Of a stretch of DNA of 64,000 bases, positions 51,375-63,403 are shown piece after piece. The DNA is from Isurus oxyrinchus (lineage: Eukaryota). Position numbers and translations under genes: made by a program. Positions within the stretch are counted from its first letter, which is position 1; each line of letters begins with the position of its first letter. The notes under the pieces are model-generated. The model searched no databases and was not told the DNA's origin. It worked only from the letters and a program-made list of their open reading frames with translations. The stretch lies in the NCBI GenBank assembly GCA_026770705.1, contig JANJGN010000026.1:23126001-23190000 (forward strand), written 5' to 3'.

Positions 51375-53265
51375 GGAAAAAACTGGAAAAGCTCAGCACG
51401 TGAGGCAGCATTTTTGGACAGAGAAACAAAGCTCATCTATCACCTCCAGAGCCTTTTAATAAAACAGGGAAAGGCTAGAAATGTAGGAAGTTTGAAACAA
51501 GTGAAAAGGAGGTGGGAGGAAAGCGCTCTGATCGGGTGGAAGTCTGAAGAGATTAAATGAGAAAAGATTCTGGGTGCATGGTCTCAGAGTGAGGTAATCA
51601 CAGGCTGATAGAATGATTACACGATGGAATCAGGCAATTCGGACCATCCGGTCTGTGCCAGCCCTCTGTAAGAGGAACGGAAAAAACAAATAAATAAAAT
51701 ATATGTCTGTAGGGGCTGTCAATGGCAGATTGATGAACAACTGCCGTCCGAAAATTGGTAAATGAAGAGGTTCTGTTCCTCGTGTGCAGGTTGAGTTTCT
51801 TTCGAACACTGCAGGAGGCCGAGGGCCAAGAGGTCAGCGTTAAGATCCGGGTCACTGGTCATTTCAATTCTCCACTTTGATTCTGTGGATTAGTTGTTTC
51901 ACGTCCCTATGAAGTTAACATACATCTTGGGCATCAATTCTATCGAAACAAACTCAGACACTATCTCTCCTAGCAAATTTCCACTCCAACATAAATTCAT
52001 CAAAGTCTCTGGCATTTTAATACTTGCTGCCCAGCAATTGGATTAAATCCTGTATGACTTTCCTGAGCCTTAATTCCCTATTAAGTTGAATGCTGAAATG
52101 GATGAAATGACTCATGCTCTGTTGAGTGTAACTCCTAGAATACAGATAAACTCTGGTCAAATGAGAGGAAGCTGTGGGTTTCCAGCTCTGTCAGTCCTCC
52201 TGTTGTCTCAGACAGGATTACAATTGGAGACATACAGCCAGCTGTCTGAACCCACCAGCTTGATGTCACCTGAACTGGTGAATAGGGAGAAAGTGAACGT
52301 CCATTTACATGGTCAGGCCTTTTGAAAATGTATCTTATTCTTTTTTTTGCCTGTGGCGCTGCAGCTTGTGCTCACATTCTTAGAACCAAACCCCAGACAA
52401 ACCAATCCCACCATCTGCACCGCAAAGAAATGAAGAAAACACAACCTGGCATTTGGTGGGTAGGGAACAACATTAATGGGTTCATCCAGGATTTGAACCC
52501 GGGACCTCTTGCATACTACGGATTAAAACACCCAAAGCGAGAATCATACTCCTAGACCAATGAGCCAGCAGGAAGCTGGCAACTCATTGAGAAGATAATT
52601 TTACTGCCATTCAAAGCCGATCAGACATGCAGCGAAAACTGAAAACGCTGGAAAAACTCAGCATGTCAGGCAGCATCTTTCGCCTCCAAGACCATTCATT
52701 GTCACCAGGAAAGGTTAGAAATGTGGGAAGTTTTAAACAGGTGAAATCGAACAGGGAGGAAACATAACAACAGGAAAGGGCTTTGGAGGGTGGAAATCAG
52801 GAGAGAGGAAATGAAATAAGAATTTGCAGTGCATGGCCTCAGGGTGAGGTAAACACAGAATCAGAGAATGACTATACCACAGAATGAGGCCATTCGGACC
52901 GTCGAGTCTGTGTCAGCTCTCTATAAGGGCAATGGAAGAAACAAAGAAACAAAATATGTGTCTGGAGGAGCTGTCAATGGCAGATTGATGATCAACTGCT
53001 GTCCTTAAATTTAAAAAAAAGTGTAAATGAGATAAAACGCAAATCTGCAGTGTAAAGGAAACAAAATGGGGGCAGCATTTACAGTGTGAAGCTGTTGAGC
53101 TGAGTCTGAGTGTGAAGGCTGTAAAGAGCCCAGTTGAATGATGAGGTTTTGTTCCTCGAGTGTCAGCTGAGGTTCTTTCAAACACTACAGGAGGCCGGGG
53201 ACCAAGAGGTCAGCGTTAAGAACCAGGTCATTTCAATTCTCCACTTTGACTCTGTGGATTAGTTA
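51375..53265 (-). repeat. Direct duplication of an old Penelope-derived segment (~51375-51900 and ~52640-53265)
   Basis: Shared text, e.g. ctgtcaatggcagattgatga and ggtcatttcaattctccactttga. Confidence 0.65.
52478..52566 (-). tRNA. Intron-containing tRNA-Pro(TGG), possibly pseudogenised
   Basis: ggctcattggtctaggagtatgattctcgcTTTGGG-[17-nt intron 52514-52530]-tgcaagaggtcccgggttcaaatcctggatgaaccc; one mismatch each in the acceptor and anticodon stems. Confidence 0.82.
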
Positions 53266-54684
53266 GTTCATTAGTTGGATGTCAAGAGGATGTTTCCTCT
53301 TGTGGGAGAATCTGGAACTAGGGCCACTTTTTAAAAATAAGGGGTCGCACATTTGAAACGGAGATGACGTGATTTCTTTTTCTCTCAGAGGGTCCTGAGT
53401 CTTGGGGACTCTCTTCCTGAAAAGGTGGTGAAGGCAGATTCTGTGAGTATTTTAAGGCAGAGGTGGATAGATCCTTGGTAAGCAAGAGGGTGGTAGAATA
53501 TTGGGGATCGGCGGGATGCAGATTTGAGGTTACCATCAGATGAGCCATGATCTTAATAAATAGCGGAACATGCTCGAGGGCCAAATGGCGAAGGAAAGCG
53601 AGTCACTGGGCAATATAAATCCCTTGGTGTTCATTTTGACATTCACATCAGGCTGCTTTTAAACAAAATGGAAGAGATGGAGGTGCTAATTGAATTTGAA
53701 GTTCTTTGTTCTAGGTCTGAAACCATCTGGTGCTCAAATCCCGTTCGTGAATAAGAAATGAGAGGCTTCAGCAGATCTGCACTGATCCTCGGTTTCCTTG
53801 TCTCGCTAAGTGTTTTTTTTTTCTATCCCTCTATTATGGAGGCCAATAGAAAGTGATTCTGTGACATCTCTGCTATTCCCTCTGGCAGAATTACAGCATC
53901 CCTTGCGTCTGTCTTAATGACCACAAGTTACCATTAGACATCTTTGAGGAGGTGAGTCACTATGTTAATCTGCACCTGTAAACCCAATAATTTCTGTTGT
54001 TGTCTCAACGAACTGCTGATGTGTGTGCCGAGTCAAAATATAAACACCCTTTCCTGCTTAGTGTGTCATGAAACTTCACCCCTTCTGGTTTTTCTGATAA
54101 CATTCTGCGACATGAGTAAAGAATGAATTTATTGCAGCTGTAGACAACTCTATTCACTTCATCTTCCCCACCAAGGAAACCAACAGGCCACTTTCCAAAG
54201 TAACTTATCATCATCTCTTTACCCATTGCTGCCCTTCAGCTTACTGACATTACAGACAGGTTTCTCACACAAAATGGTTTGTTTGGTTAACCTTTGGTTA
54301 CCTGCCATTGAGCCCGGGCCATGATGATAAAAGCATTGACTCCAAACCACTCGGGTCCACCATCACCATCTCAGTGCTGCCTTGCTCATTATTCTTTTTG
54401 TCAGTTAATCCATCCTGCCTTCACTATCACAGACCTTCTCTTTTGTTTTTTGTATGGACTGACTCCTGATTTTACAATCAGAAAATTCTGGAAAAGCTCA
54501 ACAGGTCAGGCAGCATCTGTGGAGAGAGAAACAGAGTTAATGTCTCTGATCGATGACCTTCCATCAGAACTGGTAGATGTGCGAGATGTAACAGGTTTGA
54601 AACAAATACAGAGACAGAGAAAGGGGGAGAGGAAGAAAGAGCAAAACGGAAGGTCTGTGATAGGATGGAAAACAGGAGAGGTGG

Positions 54685-55000
54685 AGATAGTGGTGTAGTG
54701 GGCTAATACTCCAGAGATACAGGATGATGTTTGAATCCCACCACAACAGATAGCGAAGTTTGAATTTAATAAAATTCTGGAATTAAAAGTCGCCATCGAT
54801 TGTAGTTAAAAATCCATCTGATTCACTAGTGCCCTGCAGGAAATCTGCTCTCCTTACCTGGTCTGGCCTACATGTGACTCCGGACCCACAGCAAAGTCCG
54901 TGATTTACTCTGAAATGGCCAAGCAAGTCCTCAATCAAAGGTCGTTGGGAATGGCTAAAATATTGGCCCAGCTAACACCACCCACATTCCATGAATGAAT
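54685..55000 (+). mobile_element. tRNA-derived SINE-like element
   Basis: Same family as 14722-15058. Confidence 0.75.
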
Positions 55001-55585
55001 AATGAACACACAAAAAGGATGAAGGCAGAGGAGATGTTAATGAAGCAACTAAAGAAGCAGGTAATGGGAGAGCAATTACTGCATCAATCTCTCTTACTTC
55101 TGTCCCACACTTAAAACTCTCGATCCTTCCCCTCCTGTAATAAGCATTTCATTGAACCAAGTCACACAGGAAGAAAAATCTTCATTGTGACTTGGATAAT
55201 GTTCAGGTGCAGTTCCTTAATTTCTCTCCTGTAATCTTATGAATTAGACCATTCTCATCTGGATCCCACCGGATGTGGACCCGCCGCTCTCAGTCCTCCA
55301 GGAAGTGACCATTCTAATACTGTGACTCTGAGCATTTCTGTTGCTACAAGGGCTTAAGTGGAACTTTCCACATTTAATCTGTCATCATTCATTGTACATT
55401 AGATCTGCACCTACAAACTGCTCTCCCGCACTTCCGGTGAAGCGGTGGCAGTTTTCATTCATAATCCAACAACTGTGATGATAACAAAGCGGGATGGAGA
55501 CAGACCCCCATTTGAATGCTGTGACACTACCAGAGTAATGGAAAGCTTCACTTCTGAAAACAGCAGCAACGTTTAAAATTAATAA

Positions 55586-55657
55586 TGTCCAAGTGGAGCT
55601 CGAACGCAGGATCCTGAGATTAAAAGACTCATGCTCCACTGACTGAAGCAGCCGGGC
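55586..55657 (-). tRNA. tRNA-Lys pseudogene (Lys-CTT body, anticodon now TTT)
   Basis: gcccggctgcttcagtcagtggagcatgagtcTTTTAAtctcagg…gttcgagctccacttggaca; many mismatches. Confidence 0.7.
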
Positions 55658-55759
55658 ATGCATGACGTCAGATCCCAAAATACAGGGAGAAAATGCTGGT
55701 TTCCATCTGGCGTCTCAGTTTGTTCTGATTTTCAAAGGGTAGAAGGGGGAAATGATAAC

Positions 55760-58590
55760 ATTGTCGCTGGACCAGTCATCTACAAAATCAGAGCAATTCT
55801 CTGGGTACCTGGGTTCGAGTCCCGCCACGGTAGTTGGTGGAATTTGAATTCAATAAAAATCTGGAATTAGAAGTCTATTGATAACTATGAAGCCATCACA
55901 GATTGTTGTAAAAAAAAAACCTGGGTCAATAATGCAATTTAGGGATGTGACTCCAGATCCAAATGCCCTCTGAATTGGCCTAGTTGTATCAAACCTTTAC
56001 AAAGCCTGAAAAAAAGGTAAGAAATTGGACTGACCAGTGGGCATCGACCTAGGCACCGAAAACGACAATGGCAAACTCAGTTTTGCAGACCCCGCAAAGT
56101 CCTCCTTACTGATATCTGGAGACTACTGCCAAAATTGGGAGAGCTGTCTCACAGACTGGTCAAGAAACAGCTGGACATCATCATCTTCATGGAACCATAT
56201 GTACAGATAATGTCCCAGACACCACCATCACCATCCCTGGATATGTGCTGTCCCACCAGCAGGGCAGAACCAGCAGAGGTGGTGGCACAGTGGTATACAG
56301 TTGAGGGGGAGTTGTCCTGGGAGTCCTCAACATAGACTCCAGACCCCAAGAAATCTCATGGCATCAAGTCGAACATAGGCAAGGAATCCTCCTGTTAGTT
56401 ACGATATTTCACACCACACCACAGCCACCACCCCCCCACCCCCACCCCACCATCCACCCCCTTCTTCCATGTTGAACACCACTTGGAAGAAGCACTGAGG
56501 GTGGCAAGGGCACAGAATGTGCTCTGGATAGGGAACTTCAATGCCCATTACCAAGAATGGCTCGGTAACACCACTACTGGCCAAGTCCTAAATTATGTAT
56601 CTGCAAGACTGGTTCTGTGGCAGGTGGTGACTCATAAACATACTTGACCTCATCCTCACTAACCTACCTGCCGCGATGCATCTGTCCATGACAGTATCGG
56701 TCGGAGTAACCACCTCTCAGTCACCGAGGGGACGAAACCCCGCCTTCACATGGAGAATACCCTCCATCGTGTTGTGTGGCACTACCCCCGTGCTAAATGA
56801 GATAGATTTCGAATACATCTAGCAACTGAAGACTGGGCATCCATGAGGCACTGTGGACCATCAGCAGCAGCAGAATTGTACTCGAGCGCAATCTCATGGC
56901 CCGGCATATCCCCACCCTACCATTCCTATCAAGCGAGAGGATCAATCCTGGGTCAATGAAGAATGCAGGAGGGCATGCCAGAAGGAGCACCAGGCATACC
57001 TAAAAATGGATGTCAACCTGGTGAAGCTATGACACAAGTTTACGTGCATGCCAAACAACACAAGCAGCATGTTATAGACAGGGAAAAGGAATCCCACAAC
57101 CAACGGATCATATGTAACCCCTGCAGTCCTGCCACATTCAGTTGTGAAAGGTATTGGGCAATTAAACAACTCGCTGGAGTAGGAGGCTCCACAAATATCC
57201 CTATCCTCAAAGATGGAGGAGCCCAGCACATCAGTGCAAAAAATAAAGCTGAAGCATTTGCTACAATTTTCAGCCCGAGGTGCCGAGTGGTTGTTTCATC
57301 TCGGCCTCTTCCAGGGGTCACTAGCATCACAGATGCCAATCTTCAGCAAATTAAATTGACTCCACGTGATATCATGAAAAGGCTGAAGGGACTGGATACT
57401 GCAAAGGCCAAGGGCACTGACAATATTCCGGAAATAGTACTAAAAAAGTTGCCGCATCCCTTGCCAAGCTGTTCCAGTACTGGACTCTACCAGGCTATGT
57501 GGAAAATTGCCCAGCTATGTCCTGTACACAAAAACCAGGACACATCCAACCCGGCCAATCACCACCCCATTAGTCTACTCTCAATCATCAATAAAGTAAT
57601 GGAAGGGGTTACCAACAGTGCTATCAAGCTTAGCAATAGCCTGCTCACTAACACCCAGTTTGGGTTCCGCCAGGGTCATTCAACTCCTGACCTCATTACA
57701 GCCTTGGTTCAAACATGGACAAAAGAGCTGAACTTCAGAGGTGAGGTGAGAGTAACTGCCCTTGACATCAAAGCAGCATTTGACCGAGGGTGGCATCAAG
57801 GAGCCCTAGAAAAACTGGAATCAATGGGAATCAAGGGGGAAACTCCCTGCTGGTTGGAATCGTACCAAGCACAAAGGAAAATGGTTCTTGTTATTAGCAG
57901 TCAGTCATCTCAGCTCCAGGACATCACTGCAGGAGTTTCGCAGGATTAGTGTCCTATGCCCAACCAACTTCAGCTGCCTCATCAATGACCTTCCTTCCAT
58001 CATAAGGTCAGAAGTGTGGATGTCGCTGATGATTACACAATATTCAACACCATTCGTCACTCCTCAGATACCAACGCAGTCCATGTCCAAATGCAGCAAG
58101 ACCTGGAAAATATCCAGGTTTGGGCTGACGAGAGGCAAGTAACATTTGTGCCACACAAGTGCCAGGCAATGACCATCTCCAAAAAGAGAGAATCTAACTA
58201 TCGCACCTTGACCTTCAATGGAATTGCCATCACTGAATCATTATCAACGCCCTGGGGGCTACCAATGACGAGAAACTGAACTGGACTAGCCATATAAATG
58301 CTGTGGCGACAGGAGCAGGTCAGAGGCTTGGAATCCTGCGATGAGTTACTCACCTCCAGACTCCCCAAAGCCCGTCCCACCATTGAAAAGCCACAGTTCA
58401 GGAGAGTGATGGAATAATGTCCACTTGCCTAGGTGAGTGCAGCTCCAACAACATTCAAGAAGCTTGACACCATCCAGAACAAAGCAGCGGTTCAAGAAGG
58501 CAGCTCACCACCATATTTTCAAGGGCAACTAGGGATGCGCAATGAATGCTGGCCTCTCCAGCGATGCCCACATCCCGTGAATCAATTAAG
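55760..58590 (+). mobile_element. LINE (CR1/L2 group): tRNA-like 5' head, APE endonuclease, RT; disrupted
   Basis: ORF 56963-57949 carries RT motifs QFGFRQGHSTPD…ALDIKAAFDR and later ADD; EN motif GELSHRLVKKQLDIIIFME. Confidence 0.9.
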
Positions 58591-58606
58591 AACAACACGG
58601 AGTGAA

Positions 58607-59455
58607 AAGATCTCACTTTAACCTGCGCCTATACCGACGATACTTATTACTTATGCTGGTACCGCCAATACCTAGGCAGACAGCCCGAGTTTGCAGTTCG
58701 GAGGCGGAAGAGCGAAGGTCTTCAAGTCGAATTTCGCTCGGAACCAGTTTTCAGCGACAATCCAGCAGGATGGATTAACTGACAAAAAGAATAATGAGCA
58801 AGGCAGCACTGAGACGGTGATGGTGGACCCAGGTGGTTCGGAGTCAATGCTTTTATCATCACGGCCCGGACTCAATGGCAGGTAACCAAAGGTTAACCAA
58901 ACAAACCATTTTGTGTGAGAAACCTGTCTGTAATGTCAGTAAGCTGAAGGGCAGCAATGGGTAAAGAGATGATGATCAGTTCCTTTGGAAAGCGGCCTGT
59001 TGGTTTCCCTGGTGGGGAAGATGAAGTGAATAGAGTTGTCTACAGCTGCAATAAATTCATTCTTTACTCATGTCGCAAAATGTTATCAGAAAAACCGGAA
59101 GGGGTGAAGTTTCATGACACACTAAGCAGGAAAGGGTGTTTATATTTTGACTCGGCACACTCATCAGCAGTTCGTTGAGACAACAACAGAAATTATTGAC
59201 CATCGATTGTAGTTAAAAACCCATCTGATTCACTAGTGCCCTTCAGGAAATCTGCTCTCCTTACCTGGTCTGGCCTACATGTGACTCCGGACCCACAGCA
59301 ACGTGCGTGATTTACTCTGAAATGGCCAAGCAAGTCCTCAATCAAGGGTCGTGGCGATTGACTATTTCGAATCTGCGGCTGTCTGTCGCCGCGGTCTATT
59401 ACTGTGCACAGAGTCTCACAGTGAGGGAAATGAGTGAAAGCCTCGTACAGCCGCA
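58607..59455 (+). pseudogene. TCR V pseudogene (family E), 5'-truncated and split by a templated insertion
   Basis: 58607-58768 LTCAYTDDTYYLCWYRQYLGRQPEF…; 59353-59416 RLTISNLRLSVAAVYYCAQS; heptamer CACAGTG at 59417-59423. Confidence 0.88.
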
Positions 59456-60407
59456 GGTTTCTGGGTCACAGCTGCTGTCTGCTGAGGATTGTTTATAACA
59501 GCGGATCAGACAATGACGCGTGAATCTATTCCTGTGCGCACAAACCCCGAGCACAATCCACAACAACAGCATCTAAAATCACTCACATTGAATATTGATT
59601 CCGCCTGTAAAATGTATTAACTGTTTGGGGGAAGAATTGTCAGCTGCTTAGCTGAGGGTCTCTGGGAACTCGCCACTCCCACTCAGAATACAAATCCCTG
59701 CAGGTGGCCTGGAACTAGATTTATCCGGACACCGCTGTTTCGGAAAGAACTCACCTCAAAGCAACAAATAATTTTCGGTTTGAAAAATAGGGTAAAGCGA
59801 TGCCCACCAGCTGAGAAAAATCTTAACAATTATAATAACCTGATTAAACACTTCCCAATGTTGAACTCACTTATATTCAAACTAAGAATCAATAATATAA
59901 ACAGCTACAAAAACGTTAGTTTCAAGACATGACTAGAAGCTGATGAACAACGATGAACAGTAAATAATCAGTAAGGATAGGTTGGTGTGATCTAGGCACA
60001 GCAACAAACCCAACTGAATACAAAAGCCTAATTGAAAATAGAATCAGAAAGTGAAAATTAAAATCACACCGGGTAAGTCTTTAAGCAAATACAAAGCCTT
60101 TGTTCTTTTTCATGTGCATCCCGCAGTCTTACATACCTGCTGCTGCATTGTGTGTACCTCCTGTAACGGCTGCAACACAGTATCAAATATTTTGGGCAGC
60201 TTTTCTGACACAATATTTTTATTTTACAAAATGATATAAATTCCCTGAACACATTTTTCCATTATGTTCAACATGTTTTCATGTTAAAGGAACAGAGGAA
60301 ACTTTCCCCAGTGCTGCACCTGCTGCTCTCGACTTGGGTAATAATTTGGTTTATTTAAGTTAGCACACCCTGCCCAAATTTCCGTTCACTTTGTCACATT
60401 GCGGCAA

Positions 60408-60446
60408 TGTTTTTGTACGGGGTTCCCTCTGGTTCCTGTCACTGTG
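60408..60446 (-). promoter_or_regulatory. 23-RSS (CACAGTG-23-ACAAAAACA)
   Basis: Counted directly. Confidence 0.95.
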
Positions 60447-60956
60447 TCTCTCAGCCCGCAGTAAAACAACGCGCTGTCAGACAGCCACAGGTCACGGATG
60501 ATGAAATTACCCTCACTCTTCGAAGTGTCCAGAGATGCAGAAAATCGAGCCCCCGCACTCTCTGCTCGGAAAACATCCTCAGCAGAATGGATGAAGATCA
60601 AAAAATTGGCAGCCTGGTCCCGGTCATGACGGTATAGTTGTATGGAATAGGTAAAAGCTGTGGTCGAATAGGTGAAATTAAAGGTCCCCGAGTCTCTTAC
60701 AAACTCTATCGCTGTAACTGGGTCCTGTGAGACCGAACCTGCAGCACGGACACCTGTAGAAATTCAAAAATACAGAACTTTCATTTTTTAAGATTGTTTT
60801 ATGATATCAAAGCTATCAAGGTAATGGAAAATATAACGGAAACAAAGTTAACGGGAAGATTAGTATGTCAGTATCTCCAACAAGGTAAAAATTGTGGAAC
60901 TTATCAGTTAAGAGAGCCGTAGCTGTGAGGATTGTGTAAAAGGTAACAGCCAGCAT
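60447..60956 (-). pseudogene. TCR V family D (Phe23/Leu41), open V exon but leader donor mutated GT->AT
   Basis: Exon 60447-60753 is open (…TFNFTY…SIQLYRH…LFYCGLR); leader 60905-60956 MLAVTFYTILTATALLT is followed by ataagt. Confidence 0.87.
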
Positions 60957-61713
60957 GTTTGCAGAGCTCATGGTGGATTTGAACGCAATGAGTTAAAGCT
61001 GAATTGTTTCACTTGACAAGATTTTGACTCATATCCGCCCGATTGGTTTGTTCCTAACAAAATTAACATGTGACAACAAATCAGCTCACGGCTCCTCACT
61101 TCATCCAATGAGATCGTAGTTCCTTAGTTCACCAATCCATGACGTCAGAGCGAGGAGCATTGAACCACTTGAAACCATTCACAATAGCAAGCTGAGCTGA
61201 AGAACATAACAGAATAAGAAATAGGAGCTGGAGTAGATCAATTAGTCCTTCGAACCTGCTCCGCCATTCAATAAGACCATGGATGATCTCTCTCACATCT
61301 ACCTTCTGGCACTATCCACGAATCTCTCCCCATGTGCACGCAAATCTATCTACACCGCCCTTCAAGAAACTCAGCTGCTGAACAACAACTACTCTCTGAG
61401 GTAGTCAATAATAATAGGACTGCAATTAAAATGTATTTTGTTCCTTTAACGGAGTCAGTCTTTGAGATGAGACGGTGAAGGGTAATAGTTCATGTTGTTT
61501 AGGTAACAGTGCCAGAGTCTCCCATTCGGAGAGCTGCTTGCAGACCATGAAAATTACTGTAAAGAGGAATTTTTCATAGAATGACACAAATTTAGTATCA
61601 CAGAAAGTGATCATTCGGGAAAGTTGGCCTGCATAATGAGGTTTTGGTTATATTAGCGATTCACAATACAGAGCACCCATCGAATTTAGTACAAGGAGGT
61701 GAGATTGTCTTCT

Positions 61714-62189
61714 GCTTTTTGAACAGACTGACTGCGTCTCTGTAACAGTGTGGGACTCAGTGCACAGTGATACACGGCAGAGTCAGACACATGAGCCCCG
61801 GCGATATTTAAAGGAACTGTTTTCTTGCCTTGGTCCAAATCAGCAGAAAGCCGGTCAGGGAAATCTGGAGACTTATTCTCCTTCCCCGTGCTGTATTTCT
61901 TCAGTAAATATCTCGAAGCTTCTCCAGGATACTGGATGTGCCAGAAGAGAGTTGCTGAAGGGTATTTTGCTCTGTAACTAGAGTTCAATATTACCGTCAG
62001 TCCTTCCTGAAGCGTTAATTCAGGCGGGTCCTGGGTAACTGAATCTTGGTCATTCGTTCCTGAAACAGCACATGGAATGTGTCAAAAATCTGTGAGCAAA
62101 TATAAACCATGAAACACAGACAGGGGATTTTAGCTCAGGCTCACGGGGCAGCACGACCATTATATCAGGAAAGCACACAGGGAACACAT
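61714..62189 (-). pseudogene. TCR V (family C): open V exon lacking Cys23, frameshifted leader
   Basis: Exon 61753-62059 …ILNSSY…LFWHIQ…VYHCALSP; the 45-nt leader 62145-62189 hits TAA; RSS CACACTG-23-TCAAAAAGC at 61714-61752. Confidence 0.85.
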
Positions 62190-62231
62190 CGTTCCCAAGT
62201 CGACAGTAAACTGTTTAAAATAATAAATATA

Positions 62232-62439
62232 GAAACAAAAAAAGAGATAAAAACAAAAAAACTGTGGATGCTGGAAATCCAAAACAAAAACAGAATGACC
62301 TGGAAAAACTCAGCAGGTCTGGCAGCATCGGCGGAGAAGAAAAGAGTTGACGTTTCGAGTCCTCATGACCCTTCGACAGAACTTGAGTTTGAGTCCAAGA
62401 AAGAGTTGAAATATAAGCTGGTTTAAGGTGTGTGTGTGT

Positions 62440-62470
<31 letters not shown>

Positions 62471-63403
62471 GGGGGGGGGGGTGGTTGCGGAGAGAGAGAG
62501 AGAAGTGGAGGGTGTTGGTGTGGTTGTAGGGACAAACAAGCAGTGATAGAAGCAGATCAACAAAAGATGTCAACAACAATAGAACAAAAGAACACATAGG
62601 TGTTAAAGTTGGTGATATTATCTAAACGAATGTGCTAATTAAGAATGGATGGTAGGGCACTCAAGGTACAGCTCTAGTGGGTGTGGGGAGAGCATAAAAG
62701 ATTTTAAAATATTTAAAAATAATGGAAATAGGTGGGAAAAGAAAAATCTATATAAATTATTGGAAAAAAAAGGAAGGGGGAAACAGAAAAGGGGTGGGGA
62801 TGGGGGAGGGAATTCAAATCCTAAAGTTGTTTAATTCAATATTCAGTCCGGAAGGCTGTAAAGTGCCTAGTCGGAAGACGAGGTGTTGTTCCTCCAGTTT
62901 GCATTGGGCTTCACTGGAACAATGCAGCAAGCCAAGGACAGACATGTGGGCAAGAGAGCAGGGTGGAGTGTTAAAATGGCAAGTGACAGGGAGGTTTGGG
63001 TCATTCTTGCGGACAGACCGCAGGTGTTCTGAAAAGCGGTCGCCCAGTTTACGTTTTGTCTCTCCAATGTAGAGGAGACCGCATTGGGAGCAACGAATGC
63101 AGTAGACTAAGTTGGGGGAAATGCAAGTGAAATGTTGCTTCACTTGAAAGGAGTGTTTGGGCCCTTGGATGGTGAGGAGAGAGGAAGTGAAGGGGCAGGT
63201 GTTACATCTTTTGCGTGGGCATGGGGTGGTGCCATAGGATGGGGTTGGGGAGTAGGGGGTGATGGAGGAGTGGACCAGGGTGTCCCGGAGGGGTGAAGGG
63301 AAGATGTGCTTGGTAGTGGCATCATGCTGGAGTTGGCGGAAATGGCGGAGGATGATCCTTTGAATGCGGAGGCTGGTGGGGTTATAAGTGAGGACAAGGG
63401 ACA
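62232..63403 (-). mobile_element. Penelope-like retroelement, 5'-truncated
   Basis: ORF 62814-63470 GIY-YIG; terminal repeat with hammerhead motif. Confidence 0.92.
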
